From: a virus
Direction: 5' to 3' (one strand)
DNA: 41,602 nucleotides
UHGV virus genome: UHGV-0205140
This document shows positions 27,151 through 34,962 of this stretch, one piece after another (positions within the stretch are counted from its first letter, which is position 1; each line of letters starts with the position of its first letter). The notes under the pieces were generated by a model, which saw nothing but the letters and a program-made list of their open reading frames with translations, was not told the origin of the DNA and ran no database searches. The translations under genes were made by a program, and so were the position numbers.

Positions 27151-27615
27151 ATGAAAGCTAAAGCAATCGAATACACAATAAGTGCAGCTATCGGAGCGTT
27201 TTTCAGTTTCTTTGGAGTGCTGGCAATCCCGTTAGCTTTGCTGATCCCCTGCAATATCATTGACTACTTTACAGGAATGGCAGCATCAAAGGTGAATGGG
27301 GAAAAGATTACAAGCGAAAAGTCATTTGCGGGTATTGTGAAAAAAGTAATGATGTACATACTGATTTTTGTGGGATACGGAATAGACTGTATGATTTCCT
27401 ACGTAGCAGCCAACTTACATATTGAAATGGCGTTTCCGCTGCTGTTCTCCGCGATGGTGGCGTCCTGGCTGGTAATCAATGAGTTGATCAGTATTACGGA
27501 GAATTGTGAGGCGACAGGAGTGGCAATTCCTGTATTAAGTCCGGTATTACGTTTTATAAAGAAAAAGATTGAAACGGTAGTGGATACCCCAGAAGAGGGA
27601 ATAAAGAAAGAATAA
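27151..27615 (+). CDS. holin (TcdE / phage_holin_4_1-like)
   Basis: Three or four TM segments. The KSFAGIVKKVMMYILIFVGYGID motif resembles TcdE/phi-LC3 holins. Located upstream of the endolysin. Confidence 0.65.
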   Translation: MKAKAIEYTISAAIGAFFSFFGVLAIPLALLIPCNIIDYFTGMAASKVNGEKITSEKSFAGIVKKVMMYILIFVGYGIDCMISYVAANLHIEMAFPLLFSAMVASWLVINELISITENCEATGVAIPVLSPVLRFIKKKIETVVDTPEEGIKKE

Positions 27616-27622
27616 GTAGAGC

Positions 27623-27638
27623 TGTGCGACGTCGCAAC
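27623..27638. promoter_or_regulatory. 16-bp element TGTGCGACGTCGCAAC, copy 2
   Basis: Identical to 10092-10107. It sits 8 bp after the holin stop and upstream of the toxin-cassette promoter. Confidence 0.45.
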
Positions 27639-27677
27639 GCAGACAGGCCCAGGGGATTCCTGAGGTCTATATTTTGA

Positions 27678-27706
27678 TTGCGGCATAATTGCTGCTGTGC
27701 TATAAT
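27678..27706 (+). promoter_or_regulatory. promoter with an extended -10 (TGcTATAAT) and a weak -35 (TTGCGG)
   Basis: TATAAT at 27701-27706 preceded by TGc. -35-like TTGCGG at 17-bp spacing. Confidence 0.5.
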
Positions 27707-27754
27707 GCTAACGTTACCGCCTCCGAATCTGGTGACAGAAGGGAGGTGTTTCAT

Positions 27755-27841
27755 TTGGATCACATTCTATCGTTTATCGTCGCTGTTGCGGCTGGTGTAG
27801 CCTGCCACTACATCATCAAATGGTTGGACGGCGACAAGTAA
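27755..27841 (+). CDS. 28-aa hydrophobic peptide MDHILSFIVAVAAGVACHYIIKWLDGDK (Fst/TxpA-like type I toxin candidate)
   Basis: TTG start 8 nt after GGGAGG. A single TM helix followed by a charged tail. An upstream CGCCTCC could pair with the SD. Confidence 0.45.
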   Translation: MDHILSFIVAVAAGVACHYIIKWLDGDK

Positions 27842-27879
27842 TCGGTAACCAGCCTACAGATGCCTGACTGTATAAAATC

Positions 27880-27950
27880 GGAAGAACCCCCAGAAGGTGT
27901 GAGCTTCTGGGGGTTCGTTTGTTTCATTTGGAAACATCCTATCGTTTGCC
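27880..27950 (-). ncRNA. candidate antitoxin small RNA (convergent with the toxin mRNA)
   Basis: Minus-strand near-consensus promoter: TTGCAT (27986-27981), 17 bp, tgcTATAAT (27966-27958). The transcript would run into the shared terminator. It would contain the reverse complement of repeat copy 2 (27921-27947), about 24/28 complementary to copy 1 (27748-27775), which spans the toxin TTG start. Confidence 0.35.
27884..27924. terminator. bidirectional intrinsic terminator
   Basis: Perfect 13-bp stem GAACCCCCAGAAG / CTTCTGGGGGTTC with loop GTGTGAG. T-rich flanks on both strands. Confidence 0.7.
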
Positions 27951-28049
27951 TACTGGCATTATAGCATATGCAGATTTTAAATGCAAGATACCTGAAAATG
28001 ATTTTTGTCCGGTTTTGTACCGGGCTTTTTTATTTGGAGGCAAAGACAT

Positions 28050-28916
28050 ATGGAAAACGCAGTAAAGAAACTCATTGATCAGGCCGCCCATTGGGACGGC
28101 TATCTGGAAAAGAAAAGCAACGCCCAGCTGGATGATTTTACGGCCAATGCCGGCAGCGGCAATTTCACCTGCTTTGCCAGGGACTATAAGACACACACCG
28201 GTCAGAATCTGCAGGCCCAGCCCTGGTGTGCCATGTTCGTATCAGAGGTATTTGTGCAGGCATTTGGTCTGGAGGTTGCTAAGAAACTTCTGGGCGGCAG
28301 CCTGTACCATTATTGCCCCACAGGGGTCAAACAGTTTAAAAAGGCAGGCCGGTGGGCCGCGGTGCCGGAGCCTGGGGCAGTGATCTTCTTTACCAACGGC
28401 CAGAGAGCCTATCATACAGGGATCGTTACAGAGGTGACGGCAACGCGGATCAAGACCATTGAGGGTAATACGTCCGGTGCATCCGGCGTGATTGAAAACG
28501 GCGGCGGGGTGTGCCGGAAGGCTTACAGCCGGTCTTATGGGAAAATTCTTGGCTACGGGCTGCCGGACTGGTCGATTGTCCAGGCCAAGGAAAAGAAAGC
28601 CGGCTGGCAGCAGGAAGATGGCGGCTGGCGGTACTATCTGGGTAATACAGGGGAACCAGTAAAAAATGACTGGTATCAGGATGATGGAAAGTGGTACTGG
28701 TTTGACGGAGCAGGAATGATGGTGTATGATACCTGGTATAAGTATCAGGATCACTGGTATTATCTGGGCGCTGACGGGGCTATGGTCAAAGGTCAGCAGA
28801 CCATAGGCGGCAAGTGGTACATCATGGACGATCGGGGGCGGATGATTATGGAGCCGGTTGTCCTTACTCCGGGTCAGGACGGGGCGCTGCGGTGGCGGGG
28901 GCTGGCGGAAGAGTAA
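28050..28916 (+). CDS. endolysin: N-terminal CHAP domain plus C-terminal cell-wall-binding (choline-binding-like) repeats
   Basis: CHAP Cys motif QPWCAMFVS and His motif PEPGAVIFFTNGQRAYHTGIV. GW..DGGWYY-type repeats at the C-terminus. GGAGG 9 nt upstream of ATG 28050. Confidence 0.75.
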   Translation: MENAVKKLIDQAAHWDGYLEKKSNAQLDDFTANAGSGNFTCFARDYKTHTGQNLQAQPWCAMFVSEVFVQAFGLEVAKKLLGGSLYHYCPTGVKQFKKAGRWAAVPEPGAVIFFTNGQRAYHTGIVTEVTATRIKTIEGNTSGASGVIENGGGVCRKAYSRSYGKILGYGLPDWSIVQAKEKKAGWQQEDGGWRYYLGNTGEPVKNDWYQDDGKWYWFDGAGMMVYDTWYKYQDHWYYLGADGAMVKGQQTIGGKWYIMDDRGRMIMEPVVLTPGQDGALRWRGLAEE

Positions 28917-28949
28917 AATTTAGAGAGGCGTTTTTGTGCCTCCCTAATA

Positions 28950-29190
28950 ATTTTTCGTGTTGCATTTTCGTGTTGCATAGTAGTTAAAATACTGCCATAA
29001 ATTGCATTATTAACCACAAAAATTGCATATATTACAATAAGGAAACAATGCATTTGTAAGGATTCTTGGTTTTAAGCAGTTTGTGACTGTATAAACTCAT
29101 AGGTTCGAATCCCGTCTCGCGCTTTTTTATTTGCCCGGTTTTACCGGGCTTTTTTCGTGTCGTGTTGCATTTCGTGTTGCATAGCATTTT
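28950..29190. other. attP region: tRNA 3-prime-end core (29102-29123, GGTTCGAATCCCGTCTCGCGCT) flanked by tandem direct arm-type repeats TTCGTGTTGCAT (28954-28980 and 29154-29184)
   Basis: A partial T-arm plus acceptor 3-prime strand with no matching 5-prime half. Arm repeats lie on both sides, and the right-hand pair lies inside the 3-prime end of int. Confidence 0.55.
29133..29155 (+). terminator. rho-independent terminator closing the lysis operon, overlapping the int stop
   Basis: GCCCGG-TTTTA-CCGGGC followed by TTTTTT. Confidence 0.6.
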
Positions 29191-30400
29191 CCAAAACCTT
29201 ATACCAGCCATCCGGATTGCGTTCTTTAAGGAGTTTTATGAGCTCTTCCGGCGATAGATTTTCTTTGTCACTTGGAGAGGATTTCTCTGGATTGACAATG
29301 CTTTCAAAGTAGTTATCTATGGTATTATCAACACGCACACGCTCATCGGGGAATGTCTGCGTATAGACCTTTTTCATTACCTGATCGGTTTTCCATCCAC
29401 CACGTTCCTGGGCGTACTTGTCTGGGATCCGAAGAAGGGCCATAACAGAAGCGTTGAGATGCCGGAGATCATGGAAGGTAATAGGGGATAGCCCATTATC
29501 ATGCTGCAGCTTAATCCAACGATGATACAGTGCTCGGCCGCTCATCGGTACAAGCACATCACCATCTACCTGATCAATCAGATTCTGTATGTATGGCGGG
29601 ATCTGTAAGCGCCGGTTGCGGGTTGGGTTCTTAGCTAACTCTTTGCGTACCGGTTTATTGTTAATGTCCACGATTACCTCATGGATTGTGATATAGTTTC
29701 CTGAGATGGATTTGGATTTTGTCAAGCCACGGACCTCAGACATGGAGAATGAAAGCCAGGTAGCTAATAACACCGGTAATTCAATATCAGTTCCCTTGAT
29801 GAGGTTTAGGACGGTTTTTGCCGGTGGAAGTTCCACCAATCTGGGAGTAACAGTAGGAAGTTCTATTTGTTCAAAGTCAATCTTATTTACACCGTATTTA
29901 TGCAGCACAGGGCGGATTAGCCCCCATTCATTACGTACGCGCTTGGCAGATATGGGTTTTCCCTTCTTGGCAGGGCTGTTGGTCGGTCTGCGGGCTTCTG
30001 CACTCAGAGCTTCCTGAAGGATCGTTATATCTATGTCTTTGATAGGGGTATCCATCAGATCCGGAAATGCATTCTTCTGGATACAGCGGTAGTCCTGGAG
30101 TGTAGTGGGAGACCGGTTCAGGTTCTCCCTGGATTCAATATATTTGTCAATTGCCTGGGATAAGGTGAGTTTTCCATAATCCTGCCGTTTCCGGATCCTG
30201 TCAGGTGTCTTGGTTGCCTGAAACTGTGCGGCAGCCAGCTCGGCCCGTTTTCGGCCTGCTGGGCTGGGGTCGTCATCGGTAAAGGATTCATAGATCCGTT
30301 TATTTTTCCACTTTTTAGTCTTTTCATCGTATATTCGTTCCGTGTGACTGTAGGCCAGACAGCGCCATGAGCCGGATGGGAGTTTCTTTGCGGTTGCCAT
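29141..30400 (-). CDS. int: tyrosine-type site-specific integrase
   Basis: Catalytic R (SEVRGL), HDLRH box, C-terminal catalytic Y (KKVYTQT). AAGGAGG RBS. Adjacent to attP. Confidence 0.85.
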   Translation of the reverse strand: MATAKKLPSGSWRCLAYSHTERIYDEKTKKWKNKRIYESFTDDDPSPAGRKRAELAAAQFQATKTPDRIRKRQDYGKLTLSQAIDKYIESRENLNRSPTTLQDYRCIQKNAFPDLMDTPIKDIDITILQEALSAEARRPTNSPAKKGKPISAKRVRNEWGLIRPVLHKYGVNKIDFEQIELPTVTPRLVELPPAKTVLNLIKGTDIELPVLLATWLSFSMSEVRGLTKSKSISGNYITIHEVIVDINNKPVRKELAKNPTRNRRLQIPPYIQNLIDQVDGDVLVPMSGRALYHRWIKLQHDNGLSPITFHDLRHLNASVMALLRIPDKYAQERGGWKTDQVMKKVYTQTFPDERVRVDNTIDNYFESIVNPEKSSPSDKENLSPEELIKLLKERNPDGWYKVLENAMQHEMQHDTKKAR

Positions 30401-30434
30401 ATATCATTCCTCCTTAAAAATGGGTAAAAAAATA

Positions 30435-30448
30435 CACCTGTACAGGTG
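30435..30448. promoter_or_regulatory. 14-bp perfect palindrome CACCTGTACAGGTG upstream of int; a second CCTGTACAG half at 30503-30511
   Basis: Perfect dyad in the int leader region. Confidence 0.4.
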
Positions 30449-30556
30449 CACGGAGGTATGGTACAATATGGGTGTTGAGATTATATTGTATCGGCCTCCG
30501 GGCCTGTACAGAAATTTATTTAAAGCCGTTCGGTGCTGGTAACACCGGGCGGTTTT

Positions 30557-31093
30557 TTAGTACAAAGATCTAATTTGATTTAAATATGTATTTATTTCGT
30601 CAAATGCGCTCTGAGTTATCACAAATGCATTCCAATAAGCGACACAAAGAATAGCAATATGGATTCCTAAAATTCCTACAGTAAAGAGTATCCTTTCTGC
30701 CAGAGTTCTTTTACCAGTGCACCAATACAGGATTAACCCAACGGGCCACAAAAAGAAAAGCGATATTATTACAATAAAAATATTTTTAGAGTAAAAAGGG
30801 TCACTTGATAAGTCATGTTTTTCAATGGGGAGGTCAGGGTAATGCTCTGATATAAAATCAACAGCACGTTGTATGGCAGCATTGGATTTTTGAGGAAAGA
30901 AAAAGCGCTCAAAATGTCCATAGCTATCGTGAAAATCCATATACCCGCCTTCCGTCATAGTACGGAAACAATACTCTATATGGGAGATAGTTTCATATGG
31001 CATTTTTTTTAATTTATACCCCCACTGAAAATCCTGTATATTGATCTCTGTCTTTCCTATAAACAGTTCTTGGGATTTACCTTTAATACTCAT
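30557..31093 (-). CDS. membrane-anchored lysogeny-module protein (candidate superinfection-exclusion / abortive-infection moron)
   Basis: GAGGGAG RBS. A roughly 105-aa soluble N-terminal domain plus two C-terminal TM helices. AT-rich. Sits between int and the repressor module. Confidence 0.5.
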   Translation of the reverse strand: MSIKGKSQELFIGKTEINIQDFQWGYKLKKMPYETISHIEYCFRTMTEGGYMDFHDSYGHFERFFFPQKSNAAIQRAVDFISEHYPDLPIEKHDLSSDPFYSKNIFIVIISLFFLWPVGLILYWCTGKRTLAERILFTVGILGIHIAILCVAYWNAFVITQSAFDEINTYLNQIRSLY

Positions 31094-31119
31094 TTGACTC
31101 CCTCGTTTCATTATGAATG

Positions 31120-31560
31120 CTATTTTAATCTTAATTCAATTAATTCTTTTGGGTATCCAGTACAATTACAAAATTGTTCCTTGGTATAACCCTTATATTC
31201 TACCAGCATTTCATCATCAATTAAAAGATAAGCTGCAAATAAATTTGCTCGTCGCTCTAACTTTGAATTAAGCAACAGAGTTTTGTTACGAATAAAATAG
31301 CAGTTTGCTTTTCGATCTAATAATGCATGACCTAATTCATGAGCCATTACAAGTTTTAGATCGAAGTTATTTAGGCGATTACTCAAGAAGATATATCTAT
31401 GATTTTTGAGAAACATATAACATCCTTCATGCGTGCAGTTTCCGATTTGATATAGTATTCCCAAACGGTCAGCGATTTCAAAAGGATCTGATGTGTTATA
31501 TAATCGCTTACAATAAGCAACTAATCGTTTTATGCGTTCTATTTCCCCCAAGAGTATCAC
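31120..31560 (-). CDS. ImmA/IrrE-family zinc metallopeptidase (anti-repressor protease)
   Basis: HELGHALLD HExxH motif. Adjacent to and co-directional with the XRE repressor. Confidence 0.7.
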   Translation of the reverse strand: MILLGEIERIKRLVAYCKRLYNTSDPFEIADRLGILYQIGNCTHEGCYMFLKNHRYIFLSNRLNNFDLKLVMAHELGHALLDRKANCYFIRNKTLLLNSKLERRANLFAAYLLIDDEMLVEYKGYTKEQFCNCTGYPKELIELRLK

Positions 31561-31995
31561 CTACTTTTTATATTTTTTGGGAGTATATTTCTCCTTATTT
31601 ATAATTTTAAGACGTCGAAGTGCAATTTCTAACTCATCTCTAAATAATTCGGCTGCTTCTGGATCAAGCTCTTCTCCATTATAACTTGCCGGGCCAGATT
31701 CACCAGCAGAAAGTTTTTCCATGATACTATCAAGATCCTTGGCAATATCACGTTCATCTCTGGAATTTAGTTCTGATGATTTTTCTTTTTTTTGTTCGAT
31801 CGTGTCCTTTCCGGTTGTCAAGTAGTCGAGGGAAACGCCAAAGTAGTCAGCAATTTTTTTCATATTATCTGTTTTGGGAGTGCTACGACCACGTTTCCAG
31901 TCGCTTAATGTTGATTGAGTAATTCCGGTCTCTTTAGACACCTTATAAGAGGTTATCCCATGCTTTTGTAGTAGTTGTTCAAAAATCTCATACAT
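31561..31995 (-). CDS. XRE-family HTH repressor (ImmR/CI-like)
   Basis: N-terminal HTH (GITQSTLSDWKRGRSTPK). Divergent from the cro-like gene. AAAGGTGA RBS. The track ORF starts 6 codons further upstream. Confidence 0.7.
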   Translation of the reverse strand: MYEIFEQLLQKHGITSYKVSKETGITQSTLSDWKRGRSTPKTDNMKKIADYFGVSLDYLTTGKDTIEQKKEKSSELNSRDERDIAKDLDSIMEKLSAGESGPASYNGEELDPEAAELFRDELEIALRRLKIINKEKYTPKKYKK

Positions 31996-32052
31996 AAATT
32001 GTTCACCTTTCATAAAACCGTAGGCAATACTAAGAAAAACCGAAAAAATCTA

Positions 32053-32081
32053 TTGACATTATCGGAAATGCATAGTATAGT
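32053..32081 (+). promoter_or_regulatory. early rightward promoter (TTGACA, 17 bp, TATAGT) embedded in CGGAAATG / CTACGG operator half-sites
   Basis: Consensus -35 with 17-bp spacing. Half-sites at 32018-32024, 32063-32070 and 32120-32130. An inverted copy at 32164-32174 forms a dyad with the 32120 site. Confidence 0.55.
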
Positions 32082-32206
32082 ATGAGCATACAAAGGAAAA
32101 TCGATAAAAACCTTTGTAGCTACGGAAATGTTATTTACTTCGTTCGACAAACTAAGCATATCACATTTCCGTAGTAATTGCAATATAGTTTTTGGGAAAG
32201 GAGAGT

Positions 32207-32413
32207 ATGATTATGTACAAAAAATTTGCTAATTTGTTGGTAAAAAATAACAAAACAGCATATCAGGTATCTAAAGATACAGGAATTGCTCAGTCTGTTT
32301 TATCTGATTGGAAAACTGGGCGTAGTACCCCCAAGTTCGATAAGCTGTTAATTCTCGCCAAGTATTTTGATGTTCCGGTGGAGTATTTCGCAGAGACTGA
32401 GGAAGGGAGGTGA
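32207..32413 (+). CDS. Cro-like XRE-family HTH regulator
   Basis: HTH (GIAQSVLSDWKTGRSTPK). Divergent from the repressor. GGAAAGGAGAG RBS. ATG at 32207 or 32213. Confidence 0.65.
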   Translation: MIMYKKFANLLVKNNKTAYQVSKDTGIAQSVLSDWKTGRSTPKFDKLLILAKYFDVPVEYFAETEEGR

Positions 32414-32479
32414 GAGAGGTAGAAGAAAAAAATAAACCGCATATCACTATGGTCTGGATAGCAATAGTGGTTATATCAA

Positions 32480-33304
32480 TTAATCAGGCTGTTGGGGCAT
32501 ATCAAGATTTTCGGATTCACCAGCAGTTGCGGAATCAGATTCAGCTGCTACAGGAACAGCATTTGAACTTGTTGCAACAGTTGAACATGAATCTGGAGAC
32601 AACTTTGACTGAGATACTAAATAATCGTTGAGTGCAGACACAGAGTCATTAAGGCGATTCAACGATTCAGTGTAACTTTCGAACATAGCGGCTTCAGCTT
32701 GTGCGGCGGTATTTTGAGAAGATGCATCTATGTTGTGATAGTAGATGGTCAGCCACACGCCGAATAAAGCAATTATATTTGGTAATATACAACTTAAAAA
32801 GAATTCCAGCGTTATGCGTCGCTTTGGAAGCGGGGTCTCAACGGTAAGAGGAATTTCTTGTGGATTTTCATTCTCATGGGCAACAAAAGAGTATAGGTAT
32901 TCAGGTACTTCCACATATTCTTGCTGAAACGAAATATTTTCCAATATCGAAGAAAAGACAGTTGAAATATGGGAACTAAAATCAACAAGGTTGTTTTGAA
33001 TATCTTTTGCCAAATCTTGGATAACAGAGTTGTTAGCGGCTAGAGAATTAGCAATTTCTTTTGTAATTGACGCACTCATAGAACACTGCATTTCATGAAT
33101 AGGTGCCAACAAAGTATCCAGCATATCTTGCATTTGAGTGGCTAAGATTGCCTGTGGATACATGGCAGAAGCAAGTATACTTTGTATTTGTGAAGTAGAT
33201 TGAATAATGGGAGAGTAGGCGGCGGTCAAATCTGCATTCATCTTTTCTAAAGAACTTTGAAATGCAGATATTGCGGCTATGAAAGATTGGTGATTAGTGT
33301 TCAT
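32480..33304 (-). CDS. hypothetical 274-aa protein with one TM segment (leftward gene inside the early region)
   Basis: A long ORF in AT-rich DNA is unlikely by chance. AAAGAAAGGA RBS. Flanking dyad TGTACTC...GAGTACA at 33318-33351. Confidence 0.4.
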   Translation of the reverse strand: MNTNHQSFIAAISAFQSSLEKMNADLTAAYSPIIQSTSQIQSILASAMYPQAILATQMQDMLDTLLAPIHEMQCSMSASITKEIANSLAANNSVIQDLAKDIQNNLVDFSSHISTVFSSILENISFQQEYVEVPEYLYSFVAHENENPQEIPLTVETPLPKRRITLEFFLSCILPNIIALFGVWLTIYYHNIDASSQNTAAQAEAAMFESYTESLNRLNDSVSALNDYLVSQSKLSPDSCSTVATSSNAVPVAAESDSATAGESENLDMPQQPD

Positions 33305-33415
33305 AATAATGTCCTTTCTTTTGTACTCGGCGCTGGCACGCCTGTGAGTACAGTATAGGACAGAGGAGAAGGAAAGACAAGCTTGGTTTAAAATTTAGGA
33401 AGGAGGATACATAAA

Positions 33416-34144
33416 ATGCACGAGTTACAGATTTTTAACAATGAGGAGTTCGGTCAGATCAGAACGGTCGAGATTGATGGAAAGCCATACTTTATGGCAA
33501 GTGATGTAGCAAAGGCATTGGGATATGCAAGACCAAATGATGCAATTCAGCAGCATTGTAGGGCTACGGTAAAACACCGCACCCCTATCAGCGGGAAAAT
33601 GCAGGATGTGAATTTTATTGGAGAGGGTGATATGTACCGCCTTATTACACACAGCAAGTTAGAATCAGCAGAACGTTTTGAAAGCTGGGTGTTTGATGAG
33701 GTTCTTCCGGCTATCCGGCAGAACGGATATTACGAGAATCCTAATATGTCCACCGAAATGAAAGCCATTCTGATGATCGACCAGAAGCAGGTTAAGATGG
33801 AGCAGCGTATGGATAAGCTGGAATATGACATTCCTCTGTATGGTTCCGAAGCGGACGAGCTGTCCAGTCATGTTAAGCGCAAAGGCGTGTCTGTATTAGG
33901 AGGAAAGCAGTCAGAAGCTTATAAGGATACAGAAATTCGTTCCAAGGTGTACCGGGATATTTACGATCAGATCAAGAGGGAGTTCGGTATTTATGATGAT
34001 AGCGGACGGCCGAAGTCTTATAAGGCGCTGAAACGGAAGTACATAGCGGATGCCCATGAGCTGATTGACTGCTATGAGGTGCCTACTTATTTGGAAGAGC
34101 TGATCGGCGAGGCAAACTCGCAGATTGATTTGGGAATAGTATAA
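33416..34144 (+). CDS. antirepressor (Bro-N domain plus KilA-C/ORF6C-like C-terminus)
   Basis: FGQIRTVEIDGKPYFMASDVAKALGY is a typical Bro-N motif. GGAAGGAGGA RBS. Confidence 0.65.
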   Translation: MHELQIFNNEEFGQIRTVEIDGKPYFMASDVAKALGYARPNDAIQQHCRATVKHRTPISGKMQDVNFIGEGDMYRLITHSKLESAERFESWVFDEVLPAIRQNGYYENPNMSTEMKAILMIDQKQVKMEQRMDKLEYDIPLYGSEADELSSHVKRKGVSVLGGKQSEAYKDTEIRSKVYRDIYDQIKREFGIYDDSGRPKSYKALKRKYIADAHELIDCYEVPTYLEELIGEANSQIDLGIV

Positions 34145-34190
34145 GGACGAGGAACTAATGAGGGAGACTGAGGAAGGGAGGTGAAAAAAG

Positions 34191-34349
34191 ATGGGTTTGG
34201 CATTTTTAATAGCCGTTTGGATTATTGGTGCTGTATGCGTGTGTTTGATGAAAAAAATAGAACCCAATAACAAGAGCTATCCTGTCTGGGTTCTGTTTGT
34301 AGCATTGATGTTTACAGTGTATTCATTTTATAGGTGGCTTCGTGGCTGA
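34191..34349 (+). CDS. 52-aa two-TM small membrane protein
   Basis: GAAGGGAGGTG RBS 8 nt upstream. Two hydrophobic helices. Confidence 0.4.
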   Translation: MGLAFLIAVWIIGAVCVCLMKKIEPNNKSYPVWVLFVALMFTVYSFYRWLRG

Positions 34350-34850
34350 CAATTCGTCATTTAGAGATGAGGCAATAGATGTGATGAGAGATGTATATTC
34401 TCTACGCTGTGTTCTTGAAGCATTTACACCATAAAATTCTTCGTCTACACGTTTAAGAAAATCAATGATAAAGTCTCGGTTATATTCATTGCAGAATAGA
34501 AGCGCTCTATCGGCAGATGAGTGCAATGCCTCATACACAGATGAGGATTGCGTTGTTAAAGAAAAATGTCCTGCTGCTTGTAGAAAATCACTAAATGCCG
34601 CCCTTTTATCAGCGTAATAAATAGAGAATTGCTTTTCTATTAATGTAGCATCGGACTCCATTTTTTTAATAGTTTCTTGATGCGCTAAATCCATTTGACG
34701 CATTATACGTGAGTGGTGATTGTTTATGATAGCAACAACAATCGGAGACAAAAATGCAACAACAGCAATAGTGGCTGTTATGGCCCAAGATAGATCTAAT
34801 GGAGGCAAAGTGCTGATGGTGTTTGCAGCGGAAGCAGTAGCAAGTAACAT
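34323..34850 (-). CDS. hypothetical N-terminally membrane-anchored protein (moron-like, leftward)
   Basis: An internal ATG at 34850 with an AAAGGAG RBS gives a 175-aa product that avoids overlap with the Rha gene. N-terminal TM helix. Confidence 0.4.
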   Translation of the reverse strand: MLLATASAANTISTLPPLDLSWAITATIAVVAFLSPIVVAIINNHHSRIMRQMDLAHQETIKKMESDATLIEKQFSIYYADKRAAFSDFLQAAGHFSLTTQSSSVYEALHSSADRALLFCNEYNRDFIIDFLKRVDEEFYGVNASRTQRREYTSLITSIASSLNDELSATKPPIK

Positions 34851-34962
34851 GATTATTTCTCCTTTGCATTTGATAAAAGAATTGTAACACAGAAATTTAG
34901 AGACTACCAGAGAGCGAAAGGGAAAGCAAGATAATTTATAGTTTAGGAAGGAGGCACATAAA

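Noticed and set aside
28242-28754. 170-aa minus-strand ORF inside the endolysin
   Set aside because: It is antisense to a clear CHAP plus cell-wall-binding endolysin and has no RBS.
29706-30017. 103-aa plus-strand ORF inside the integrase gene
   Set aside because: It is antisense to the integrase, which has all catalytic residues.
32410-32631. 73-aa plus-strand ORF (GTG start) overlapping the 3-prime end of the 32480-33304 minus-strand gene
   Set aside because: It needs a GTG start without an SD. The opposite strand carries a much longer ORF with an RBS. It cannot be excluded as a real small TM or coiled-coil protein, so it is left uncalled.
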